DNA of 64,000 nucleotides. Source: Bugula neritina. Taxonomy: Eukaryota; Animalia; Bryozoa. Within the stretch, counting starts at the first letter, position 1. Every line of letters begins with the position of its first letter. The stretch covers positions 19,327,700 to 19,391,699 of the forward strand of contig OZ037768.1 of NCBI GenBank assembly GCA_964035545.1, given 5' to 3'. The position numbers were made by a program, and so were the translations under genes. Below the pieces are notes generated by a model. The model was not told where the DNA came from and did no database searches. It saw nothing but the letters and a program-made list of their open reading frames with translations. Below are positions 1 to 13,100 of this stretch, one piece after another.

Positions 1-816
1 GTTATATTGATTTTTTCAGGTAGAATAATAAAATATAGTTCACACAGTTGTATATAAATTATTAATGCATATGTGCTCTTAATAAAAAACTAACAACTTA
101 TTTGCTAGAAAACATGTTATAATATGTAATATTCAACCTGCAGCAAAAATAAATTTCCTTAGCCCAAAAATGAGATTTTATTCACACAAGTTTTACAGCT
201 ACCAGAATATGTTTGTTCTGTAACACATCCTGTCTGTATATTATATAAATAATATATGAGAAATGGAATTAGTCTCATAAACTATGGTCTATTTGTTAAT
301 CTTAATTAATGTCATTAACTTTTTACCTCATTGGTTATAAATAAATGCAGCTTATAGACGTGTCCTGTTATTAACTGCACTATTTCAGCAAACAAATCTA
401 TTGCAGGCAAATCAATTTAGCTTATATATAAGCTATAAATGCTTGTAAGCTGGACATTGGCCTAACAATATAAATAGTGTGTTATGGTCACTATATAACC
501 AGTAACGTACTATGGGTAGAGCCTTATTTAAGTGATAATTAGTTATAAAATTATCCTTCACAATTTCTTTTATGTTGTAGTATAAAATAAAATCAAAAAT
601 GGTTTGAAGTAATTTTGTAAATTGGTACACATTTTTGAATATTTTTACTAACATATTGTTTGATTCATTATAGTTTTTACATTGCTAGCTATGGCATCAG
701 TCTAGACTTATGGCAATAATAAAGTACCAATAAAATGAAACGTATATGGCTGTGCTACATGAATATTGATCAATTTGAACCGATTAATTTTAATTGTTAA
801 CAAATTATCCCATCAG

Positions 817-1553
817 ATTGTCAAGAAGCATTTGAGTCTGGAGAGAGATGTCCTGGTGTCTACACACTGAGAGATCCAGATACTTCTATGGAGTTTGATG
901 TATACTGTGAGTTTGACAATGAACATGGCTGGACTGTAATACAGAGAAGACTGGATGGTTCTGTTGACTTCTACAGAGGTTGGGATGATTATGTGGCTGG
1001 ATTTGGTTACGTGACAGGAGAACACTGGCTGGGTTAGTACATATAATTTATATGAGAATCACTATATAACCTTGTCTGTCAGTTACAAAAGAAATTAATA
1101 AATAATCTAGTTTTAAGCTCTCAATATGCACTACACACCTATAGGCCTATCTCTGCATTGTCCTGTTCAGATAGCTGGAAGCTCTGAATATGCACTATTA
1201 CAGTTTACAAAACTTTTTTACAATAACTATAAGTTAATTTTTGCTGCCAAACTTAAGGACAAGCATTCACCCATACGTACTATGGTACTAATATTATAAG
1301 CAACAGCTCTATATACAGTAGGTATACTGTGGTCACAAAATTACCACATTTCATTATTCACTGTTATATCAACTTAGGTTTGGAGTACATCAACTACTTG
1401 ACTGCCACCAATAGAAAGTTGAGTATCTATCTGGAAGATCATGTGGGAGAAGTGAGACATGCTAACTATTCCACTTTCTACATTAGTGACAGCTCTACCA
1501 ATTATGCTCTAACTGTGAGAAAACAGATTTTCTATTTTAATAAATATAAACAA

Positions 1554-1586
<33 letters not shown>

Positions 1587-2701
1587 CGCACACACAAGGT
1601 TATATAATATATAATATATAATATATAATATATAACATATTATATATTATAATATATAATATATAATATATATACAACTTTTTTTTAGTTTTCAGTATAC
1701 AGTGGAGATGCAGGAAACTCTTTTGCACTCGTTGGTCAACCGTTCACTACTAAAGACAAGGATAATGATTTAAATGCTAATCAAAACTGTGCTGAGATGA
1801 GTCATGGTGAGAAACATTCATGATATATAAATGTTATGTATAGCTAGCTTAGAAGTTAAACAAATACTTCAAGATTCTTATTAACAAAAATATGATCTAT
1901 ATCATAACTGTTTTTAAAAATCATTCCTTCAAATACAGGTGTCATTTTCTTTTGCTGTAATACTTCAATTTCTTGAATAATTGTTGCTTGAACTTAATTT
2001 TAGGTTTCTGTCACTAAATTTCATACTTATATTTGTTTAGATTTTGTCGACCTAATTTTTGTCTGGGTTTTTAATGTTGCTTTGTGGTTTGTGTATCTCA
2101 ATATTATAATCCAATAAATGATTCACTGGTTGTTGATAGCTTCTACTGTCGCCTATAGCTGCTTAGGTATACGTACTCACATTCAATTGGCAGTTTGCTT
2201 TGTTTTTGCAGCTGATGATTTGGTTTGGTTGCTAGTATAATATGGGGTATTTTTATTGCTTGTTCATTGTCTGCTTTATAATATTAAGAACATGCAACTA
2301 TAATAACTAACTTTTAAATTTTTCTGATGAAGTGTTTTTTAATAAATTATTTATTTATACTTCAAAAGGAAAGTTTTTGTTAGTTATGTAGTTACATGTG
2401 GACTAGAAGGAGGGTATAGTTGTGTTGTATTTATCTGTAGGTTTTTGCAGTTAATATGTAGTCTTCCACGATATATAAGTAAAATAGTTATGCACGTTAG
2501 ATAGGCATAATTTGACAGTTCAATGATATTTCAGGAGCCTGGTGGTATGGAAATTGTCATTCCTCCAACTTGAATGGTGACTGGTACCCAGCGAGTTCAT
2601 TGGATGCGGACAATGCACCAAGTTGTATAGGAGTTGTCTGGAGAGATTGGAGAGGATTTGAATATTCATTGAAAGCAACAACAATGAAAGTTACTAGATA
2701 A
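817..2701 (+). CDS. Fibrinogen-related domain (FReD) gene, copy 1; 5' exons lie before the window
   Basis: GT-AG exons 817-1032, 1378-1514, 1689-1806, 2535-2701 splice in frame: [101 protein letters not shown]. These are standard FBG C-terminal motifs. Confidence 0.92.
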
Positions 2702-4105
2702 TAATTGCACCTTTTTGATAACAGAATGTGCATTAAAATTTGTTCAATGTTTTAGTTTTCAGTTTGAAAATTTCTAACTTTTCTGATAATATATAAGAGA
2801 TGAACATGTGCAGTCAATACAGTAAAATTGCATGCAGAGTTTTATGCATTTTTGAAACTTTTAATGGTCAATTAGCTGTATCTACAATGCAATGTACACA
2901 TAGCATCGGTTTCAGTAGAACAAGCTGCAGTAAGCTTTTTTTTCAAAATACTTTATTTTCATTAATGCTTAGTGCACTCTATTGTAATTTTCTTTGTCCT
3001 ATTTTCAAATAATTGTTAGAAGTTATCTTGTATCATCAATATGTCCTTTCAACTAATTTTTGATAAACATTATGTGATCTCGGTTGTGTAAACTAGATGT
3101 AGTAAACAGTATAAGTCAGTGTGTAGTTTTCTGACCAATAAATGTAGTAATGCAAAAGTAATCAGTTAATGGTCAACTGCATGTGGCTCATCATTTTCTC
3201 TCTGCAAAGCAAATGAAGTAGCATATAAAAACTAGGCAAGCAGTAAAGTTAAATGGAAATATCATTTCATATATACATGTATATAGCTACTAAATTCCTT
3301 GCAGACAAAGCACTGTATATACATATACATGTGTGTGCGTGTGTGCGTGTGTGCGTGTGTGTGTGTGTCCTAGCTCATTACTGCCATCGATTTTAACACA
3401 TTTGGACCCGCAAGCAGAAAATTCGGCCCTACGCTAAAGAAAAGCATAAAACTGATAATCCTTTACAATTACGCGTTACCTAAAATCATACCACGACATA
3501 CAGAGCTTGAGATTTCTGTTTACAAAATACCAGCAGTGAATATTGTTATATAGCTGCTGCAATCTGCACATTGAACCACAGGATGCCAAATCTCCTATAT
3601 TGTAGATAGTTTTTCAAGTGGAAATACTGAGCAGGAGCATTATTGCAATGATTGTGCAATAAAATAATTTTACCCAGATTGACTTTCTCTCGTATTGTTG
3701 AGCCAGAATAGCTCCTTTATACTGTTTTCAAGTCTAGCATGTACTCTCCAGCTGTTAGACTACGTTCTATGTCTGCTTTATGTGTGCTATTCTCACACAA
3801 GTAGCAGAGTATTGATTGTAGTTTGCACTCAAATCTTGGTGCTAAAATTGGAATGAAATAAACAATTTTTAAATTGTGTTAAATTATGTTAAACAAATTT
3901 ATTGAGAGTTTATATAAGTTAATAGACCTTTTTTTTCAATGCTCCTCATTTCCAATAAACAGATATATTCCTTTGAGGAAAAACAATGCTTTTGTCACGT
4001 GTGAAAATCAATAGTGTAACATATTAGCAGTTTTTACGACTGACAATTATTTCACAGTAAGAGACACTGGTGTTTAAACATAATTTGTTTATTCGTTGCC
4101 TTGAA

Positions 4106-7100
4106 ATGATGTACTTTTTCATAATCCATCAAACGTTCTTGGTTATAACGTGTCTACCACTCTTCACCCTTCAGCAAGAATCTGCAGTGTATCTCATTAC
4201 AGCTGGAATAGAAATAAAAAAGAATTCAAACTGGACTTCTTATGAAAAAGTTACAGGTAATCCAAAGAAACCATATTAAATGTCAGCAATAAGTTTAAGA
4301 TTATCTAGATCCAAAAAATGAAATGCTCGCAAACAATTTTTACATATTAGTTTTATCAAAAGTTTTTTATCAACTGAAGGCTTTCAGCATCACATCTACT
4401 GTTTCAAATTTGTTTATTATGATCACATTATATATTGTTAATTATTGTATTTTACCTACTGTATAAGAATTCTTCTATAAATTGTGATAAAATAAAAACG
4501 TTAAGATTGAAAATGTAAAATAATTGCCACCACTGGGAATCGAACCCGAGTCCTCTGGCTTGCAAGCAAGTGTGCTACCATTACACCACGGAGGCTACTG
4601 GGTAATCACAACACTACAGAAAAGGCATTCAAAATTGCATTAAATTTTGTATCTATATAATGATTTGTTTTCATACCATCTAGAAATAAGTTTCCGGTGA
4701 CATATTATCTATGCTTAGCAAATTTTGCAGATCTACAACTTTTTAAATTTGAAACGAAATCTTTATTAATCGGATCATCAAATTTACACACATTTACAGG
4801 TGTATAATTCATTCACAAAAAAGCTTGGCTCTACTGAAGTGTAAAAAATTTCCCCCAAAAACTCTATAAGACCAAAAATATTATTTTGTATGAGCTGTAT
4901 TAACATTTACTAACTAACTGCTGTGTGAATATCATACCATACCTTTGCTCTCACTTCAATTGCTATTTCAAATTGCATGGAAGCCATATAATTTTAAATG
5001 ATTAGTGCAATTACAAAATAATAACAAATGAGAAAACATCAAATGCGATGTTTTTTCTAAGCACACACACATGTACATTTCATTGTTATAAATAAAGGTT
5101 GTGGTGGAACCTAATTTAAACGTATAATTATCTTATCAAGAAGAAATAAAAATTAAATCAAGCGCAAGTTGTTTATAGATTGTCAGTTGTTAGGCTATAT
5201 ATTCATGTATATGTAGTGGTTTGCTGAATTTATTGAGGAAAGCATCATGGCTGCTAATATATTTTTTTATAATTTAAGACAGTCTGCAAAAATTAAGGTT
5301 AGTGTAGTTTTTGCTGCATAATTTATGAACATTATGCTCTTGGATGAATTCTTATAATACAATAAAAATTACCGGGCAGTTGTCTATTCATCCAAAGTAT
5401 AATAAATTGTACAACAGATTTTATAGTATAGTTATATAACTGGACCCTGTAAATTATTTATTAAACTTTTGCCCACCAAGGGATTTTTGTAGTATATTGA
5501 AAGCATCTGTACTCATTCACTTGGCTTTCCTTTTTGATTATGGTGATTATACTTCATGATTTATGCTTTTCAGGAAATTAATTAGTTTTGTTTTATTCAT
5601 AAAAAGCACTTGACAAATGTTGAAAAGTTTAAATTTTGAGTGCAAAAGTTAGGTAAAAATTGGTAAACTGGGTAAAAATTGTGTAAAAGTTTCATCTGAC
5701 GCAACATTTGGTTTAGACTTTAGTTATATCTGCATGCTTATTTACACTTGGGTACTATATCTAATATGCGGTGAATATAGTTTTAAATTTATGAATTTTG
5801 TCTATAAATCTGTACAAAATACAAACCTTATAGCTGCTGAAACTTTGGTATAATTTGCTCACTCACTTGGGTGATATAAATTAATAAAGACTGACTATAT
5901 AACTACAGACAAGAATTCCAAGGCATATATCCAACATTATTGCACTCTTTCTGCTATGGTTGTAATTATCTAATTAATTTTGATAACATCATGGACAATG
6001 ACTTAGCCTAGGCTCATCATGCAGTTAAAGGCTGAACCTTTAGACTGGTACATACTCAAATATCCTGAAGCATCAAATTTATGGGTTTGAGAGTTAATAA
6101 TGAGAGTGTAAGAGCAAATTATAAACTTATGAGAGAGTGTTTTAAGCATTTGAGGAAGAATATAATGACTGTATGCTTCCTTTAGAGCATATTATGAGAT
6201 TTAATTTTTTTTTCGTGAAAGTATAGCCGCATTAATAGCTAAATCAAAACTGTGGGACATATTAATTGTCTTTATTTCTCCAAGAGCATAGAAAACTTTT
6301 AATATTTTGTAAATATGAGTGTTGGAGTATTATTCATTATAGAATTATATTACTTCTTGTCAAAACTTGAAATAGAGCTGCTACCTGTTGTTTTTAGTGA
6401 GTTATGTTTGCCTTCTGCAACATGTTAAAAGACAAACTCTTGATTTAACAACAAGATGCATGCATTAAATCTTTATTTGAAATTTTTAACTTATAATTAC
6501 TTACATTTATACAAATAATGCCTTAAGCTTATAAATAAGTAGCTGTTACCCAACATTTAAAATCAGTAACAATTTATAACTTAAATTAGGCTAATAATAA
6601 GTTAATATTACTTGCTGTCTGTTTTCAGATGTTTCCTCTTTGACTGTATGCTCACACCTATGTCTGGAAGATAAAAAATGTGTTTCAACTCTGTACAATG
6701 TTTCCCTACAAGATTGTCAGCTCTTTTCTTACTGTTTATCAGATGTCACTTCTACACGCAGCAATACTGACTTAGTTTACATGAGAATTTATGGTGGGAC
6801 AAGTAAATACAAAGGTTAGTAAATACAGTTTTGGTACCTTATAACTTTTGTATTCTCAGAATGCTGAGAAGTTACAGCTGTCACTGCTACAAACTCAATT
6901 GCTGACATGATAGCTATGTGAAACAGCTGTATTCAGCAAAAATCATAAACGTATAAGGAATTTTGGTAAAATATAGATGTGCAAATTAAAATAGGATATT
7001 TTATTGAAATGACAGATAGATTTACATATTGATCATGTGACTCACAATGGAACAGCATTTTTTTCTTTTGACTAGCATGAATAGATTACTATAACATATA

Positions 7101-10100
7101 TATAGAATTTGATGTGTGCAGTTAAGAACTTTTGGTAATAATGCAATTAAATGATCAGCTTCGAGAGGACATTTGTGATAAATAATTAATGAAAACTACG
7201 AAATGAGTAAAAATTCTGTCTTTTTTTAGTATAGATGGTACACATTATTTGCCCTTTTTAAACTAAAAAATATTTACTAACCTGAAGCAATTGCTATTGT
7301 TATAAAATAAAATATTAGACTAAATTTATGCAATGGGGCAATTAATCATTTCAAAGTGTATTATTTCTTTACAGACTTAACACCACAATATATATACACA
7401 TTGGTTATTATTGATTTTTCTAGGCAGAATACGTAAAACAGTTCATACAGTTGTATATTCATTATTAATGCATGTGTCCATAACAAAAAAACAACAACCC
7501 TGCTAGGAACCGTCATAATCCTAAATATTAAATATAGGAAGATAAATTTCCTTAGCCCAAAAATGAGATTTTATTTACTCAAGCAGTGTATAGCGATCAG
7601 GATGTTCTTTCTGTAACACATCCTGTTTGTATATATAAATAATAATAATTGAGAACTGGAATTGGATTCATAAACTATCCATAGTTAGTTTGTTAATCTT
7701 GATGTCAATAATTTTTTACCTTATTTGCTAGCAAAAGAATTGGTTTTGGAGATGAGCTGCGCAAATGGGGAAGGGGAGGGGAGGGGAGTAATGTTATGTT
7801 TGCCCAGTAGACCCTGTAATGTGTAATGTGCAATGGTTAGCACACCTACTTGCTAGCCAAGGGGGTCTCGGATTCAAACCCTGGTGGGGACAAACTTATT
7901 TTATAAGTGCTATAGAGCTATAAGTAATGCAGCCACATACATAACAGTATGATGTAGAGCCAATCAATGGTAATACAATATTGAGTTTTCTTCGTAATAT
8001 ATTTTTCATTGTAATATGATTTAAAATCTAAAAATTGTTTAAAAGCAACTTTGTGAATTGGAGGACATTCTTGCATAACTTGATCAACGTTATAGTGTTA
8101 CCACTTATGGCGTCGGTCAAGACTTACTGCTTTAAGCAAGTACCAATACAACTAAACATACAGCAGTGCTAGACAAATATTGATTTCTTTAAATCAATTT
8201 ATTCTAATTATTAAGTTATTAGAACATTCTTTCATCAGATTGTCAAGAAGCATTTGAGTCTGGAGAGAGATGTCCAGGTGTCTACACACTAAGAGATCTG
8301 GCTACTTCTATGGAGTTTGATGTATACTGTGAGTTTGACAGTGAACATGGCTGGACTGTAATACAGAGAAGACTGGATGGTTCTGTTGACTTCTACAGAG
8401 GTTGGGATGATTATGTGGGAGGATTTGGTAACCTGTCAGAAGAACATTGGCTGGGTTAGTCATCATGAAAATCACTATAACCTCGTTCACCAGAACTTTT
8501 AAAATAAAAATTAATAAATAATCTAGTTTAAAGCTGTTAATATACACTAAACAACTACACACTTACACACCTATATCTCCGATCTGTCCTGTTCAGGTAG
8601 CAGAAATTTCTAATTATATGCACTGTTACAGTTAAAAATATTTGTTTATTATTATAACTAAATTAATTTCAGTTGCCAAAACGTGCACAAACATTTGTCA
8701 ATACATACTACTGCTACTATCATAAGCAACAGCTCTACAGTAGGTACTCTGTTTACGAAGATTATTACTTTCTACATAGGTATAGTGTTATATAAACTTA
8801 GGTTTGAAGTACATCAACTACTTGACTGCCACCAATAGACAGCTGAGCATTTGTCTGGAAGATCATGTGGGAGAAGTGAGACATGCTAACTATTCCACTT
8901 TCTTCATTAGTGACAACTCAACCGATTATGTGTTAACTGTAAGAAAACATATTTTCTATTTTAATAAATATAAATGAATATAATTATACTCATATATATA
9001 TATAAATACATATATATACTTATATATATATATATATATAAACATATGTTTTTAGTTTTCAGGATACAGTGGAGATGCAGGAGACTCTTTTGCACGCGTT
9101 GGTCAACCGTTCACTACTAAAGACAAGGATAATGATAGAAAATCTGATCAGAACTGTGCTGAGTTGAATCTTGGTAAGACACATATATGATATATAATGG
9201 TAGCTAGCTGTTAGCTTACACAAACACTTCAAGCTTTTTATCAATCAAAATATGATGTATATTATAACTTTTTGTAAAAATCATTTTTGCAAGTACAGGT
9301 TGCATTTTTGGTATTGGTGTCATATGATTGCGCTTGCTTAAATATTTTTTCGTTTGAGCTAAACTTTAGGTTTCTTTCAGTTAAATTTCATACCTCTTTG
9401 TTTAGTTTTTGTTGATCTAGAGTTTCTCTGTGCTTAAATGATGCTCTGCGGTTTGTGTAGCTCAATATAAACCAATAAATAGTTCAGTATGGTTGTTGAT
9501 AGCGTCTACTGTAGTTATATATAGTATACAATTCCACTAACTTAGCAATTTACTTTCAATTGATGGCTTGCTTTGTTTTTGCAGCTGTCTTTCTGCTGAT
9601 GATGTGGTTTTATTGCTTTCGTTGCTATGGAATTTTTTCATTGCTTCTTTATTGTGTTCCTTATATTAGGCATGTGATTTATATAACCGACTTTTAACCC
9701 CCTAGACACACTTTGCCATACTGTAGGCCGTAATGTAAATTGCCAGCCATTTTTAATGTATCTGGGCAGAAGTTTTCATAGTCCGCTATTGGGTACTATC
9801 TATGGCACCTCATTGGACATTTATACCCAATGAGTTGTTGCGGACGTCTTTTTGTCCAATAGCAAAACGATGCAAATGTTGAATCAAACAGTATTTGTTC
9901 CTGACGTTACCGTCGTAATAATATGTCGACTAACCTTAAGTAGCGCTAAGCATAGACTGCCTCGCAGGTTTCCTCTCCACTCTCGCGTGACCTCGTACAC
10001 CAAATACCGAGTCCACCTCTTACACCTTCTCACCAAGTCACTGTTACCCCTTTTTTTTTTGGGTGCTTCCACACCACTCTACAACAAAACCAGCAGACAA

Positions 10101-13100
10101 GAGAGCAGTATGGCTTCTAGGCTCAGGGGTGTATACATATATATATATTTTTTTTTTCCAAATGTTAATGTAAGTAACGAATAGATATGAACATATAAAG
10201 TGCTCGCCCGGCACCTCGTATGGTCTTCAGAAAGTCACTCTAATTTTCGTTTTGTTTTTTTGTTTTTTTTTTTGTTTAAGCATTTGAACAAACGTTGTGA
10301 AAGAGAAAAAAAATACGACTATCTAATGTGCACGCTCGGCACGTCGTATAACCCTGTGCAGGTTTATCCTCTGTACACGTTTTAACTCTTCTATCCAGTC
10401 CCTCACTATCAAATTATTTGGGTGTAACCCATCTCTGAGAAATCTATCTCTAAACGAGTATGTTCCATGTCGTCTTGTAAAAATTCTTTTATGCATATAT
10501 GGGGTGGCAAACCCCGACGACATGTTAAAACCTACTATCCTTCTATTTTCTGATACCACCATGCTACGTATTCTACAGGTGAAGTCTGCGTTTCTAGAAT
10601 CAAACACGCCATTATACTTTTGAAAATTAAGAGGGTAGATTGTGCAGAGAATAATATGAATATGGTTGTTATAAAATGTTTCAAAGTACGGATTGAAAAA
10701 GCTATCTGGTTCAACATTACTATTTGTCACCAGAGAACACCTTCTAGATGAATTCATTTGTGAAAATCTAACCGGACCTATATGGAAATAGATAATTGAG
10801 TTTGAAAATCTACGTTGATTATTGTTTACGTAACTAAATAGGGTCTCCCAGTTGGCTCCTGAGATTCTGATCGTAGTCCATGAGGGATCTTCCAATCCCC
10901 GAACAATAGAGTTTCCGATGATGTAAGTCCTCATGATCTACAACACAATGTTATTTGATAGAGTCGTCCAACTCTATCACTGCTTAAAGATTAAGTCTCT
11001 TGGGGGGCCTAGAGACCCTCCCCCTGGTTGTTACAAAGGACGGACTCTGGGGTGTTACTGGTATTTGATGGGGGGAATTGTCTTCTCGAAAAGAAGTTGC
11101 AACTTCCGTGGGTCTAACAGGGACATCGGTCTGTCTGATAGGCGAGTGGGGAACACTTGCACCCAACCCCTGTTGAGGAGAATCAGTAAAAGATTCACGA
11201 ACGTCAGTAGATCGGGAGATATGAGCTCGGTTCCTGCGCAACACTACTCCATTATCCCTTGCAGCAAGAACTTCCCTGCCTCTCGCTCCAATTACCGTAG
11301 CATGAACAGTGGGTCTGTTAGGATCCCTAACAACTACAGGCTGGTTTACTTGAAATGGACTCCTGTCCCTCACCGCGTGTCTCCTGTTGTACCACATTGA
11401 CTGCCTCCCACGATAATCAGACTCCAAAACCTTGAGTCGTGAGGCATCTACTCCTTTTTCATTCACAAAGCCCATAGAATTCAATGACCGTCCAAATAAC
11501 AACTGAGAGGGAGAGTAACCGTTGAAAAGTGGGGTATCATTATATATGCATAGAGACTCCTGTAAGCTTATATTTTTCTTCAAAAAGTTTTTCACAGTGC
11601 GAACAGCTCTCTCAGCCTCTCCATTACTCTGTGGATAACGAGGAGAGCTTGTAATGTGTTGAATGTCCCATTTTCTCAAATATTCCTGGAATATCTGTGA
11701 CCGAAATTGTGGCCCGTTGTCACTAACAATAGTGTTTGGAACACCTAGCATACATACCAATTCATTAAGGATCTTTGTTAACACAGTAGATTCTGAGGAG
11801 TCTTCCAACTCCCTTACCACAATATATCTACTATAGTAATCCACCACAACCACAAAATTCTGTTCTTGCCAGTTGAATAAATCCACTGCAAGCCTCCACC
11901 ATGGCCGTTCTGGGAAGACTGTGGTCTGTAAAGGTTCTCTATTTTTAATTCGATGTTCTTCACACTGTGGGCATTGCTGAACTAATTGTTTGATCTGTGC
12001 AGTCATTCCAGGCCACCATATGATCTCAGACGCACGTCTTATACACTTGGTTTCACCTTGATGTCCCTTATGAATGTCTCTAAGCACACGATCTCTCTCT
12101 GGTTCTGGAATGAACACTCTATTCATATAGTAAATCACTCCACCAACTTGAGTCATGAACTCTCTAAAAGTATAAAATGGCTTGATAGCAGCAGGAACCA
12201 ACTTAATATTAGGCCACCCTTCCGTAATATACTGGAGCAACACAACTCCCACCTCATCCTCAAACAGAGCCGCCTTGATTCTCGCCAGCCTGCCAGACGA
12301 AATAGGGAGATCTCCAACAAGAGCGCCGAGAACACTTGAGTCTTCCAACTCATCAACATCTGACGAATTCACACATTCCAACATTTCCACCTCCGTTGGA
12401 CTGCGAGACAACGCGTCCGCCAGAACAAGTCTCTTACCGGGGGTATATACAATCGTATAACTGTACGACATCATCTTAAGCCTAAACCGTTGTACCCTCA
12501 AAGGTAGTTTAGCAAGCTCTTTCTCTCCCAAAACGGATACTAATGGCTTATGATCAGTCTCGATCTGGAATTCCTTACCTGACAAATAATAAAAGAACTT
12601 ACTACATGCCCAACAAATGGCTAGAGCCTCCTTTTCGATTTGTGCATATCTTCTTTCAATCGCTGTAAGAGCTCGAGAGGCGAATGCAACAGGATGCCAA
12701 TTACCATTGACTTTTTGCAAAACTGCTGCTCCCAATCCGTAGGATGAAGAATCCGCACTAACAAGAGTCTCCGCCTCAACACAATACGGAATCAGAACTG
12801 GAGTCTGAACTAACAGAGTTTTTAAACAATTAAATTGTTCAGTATGTGGAGGACCCCATCTCCATTCTACATTATTTCCCAGCAGCTGCCGTAGATGGTG
12901 AGTGTTGCTAGAAATCTGAGGAGAGAACTTGCCTAGATAATTTACTATTCCAAAGAACCGTCTTAGTTCTCTTCTGTTCGATGGTATGGGAAAATCCACA
13001 ATAGCTTTGGTCTTATCCGGATCTGCCCGTATCCCAGACTCATCAATTACATGGCCCAAAAACTTTGTCTTATTTACTCCAAACTCACACTTGTCTACAT

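Noticed and set aside
813-1025. Recurrent ORFs antisense to the FReD exon (also 8308, 32311, 39404)
   Set aside because: Shadows of the conserved FBG exon on the opposite strand.
4525-4595. Functional tRNA gene
   Set aside because: Mismatched acceptor and anticodon stems and several more-decayed relatives; treated as a repeat.
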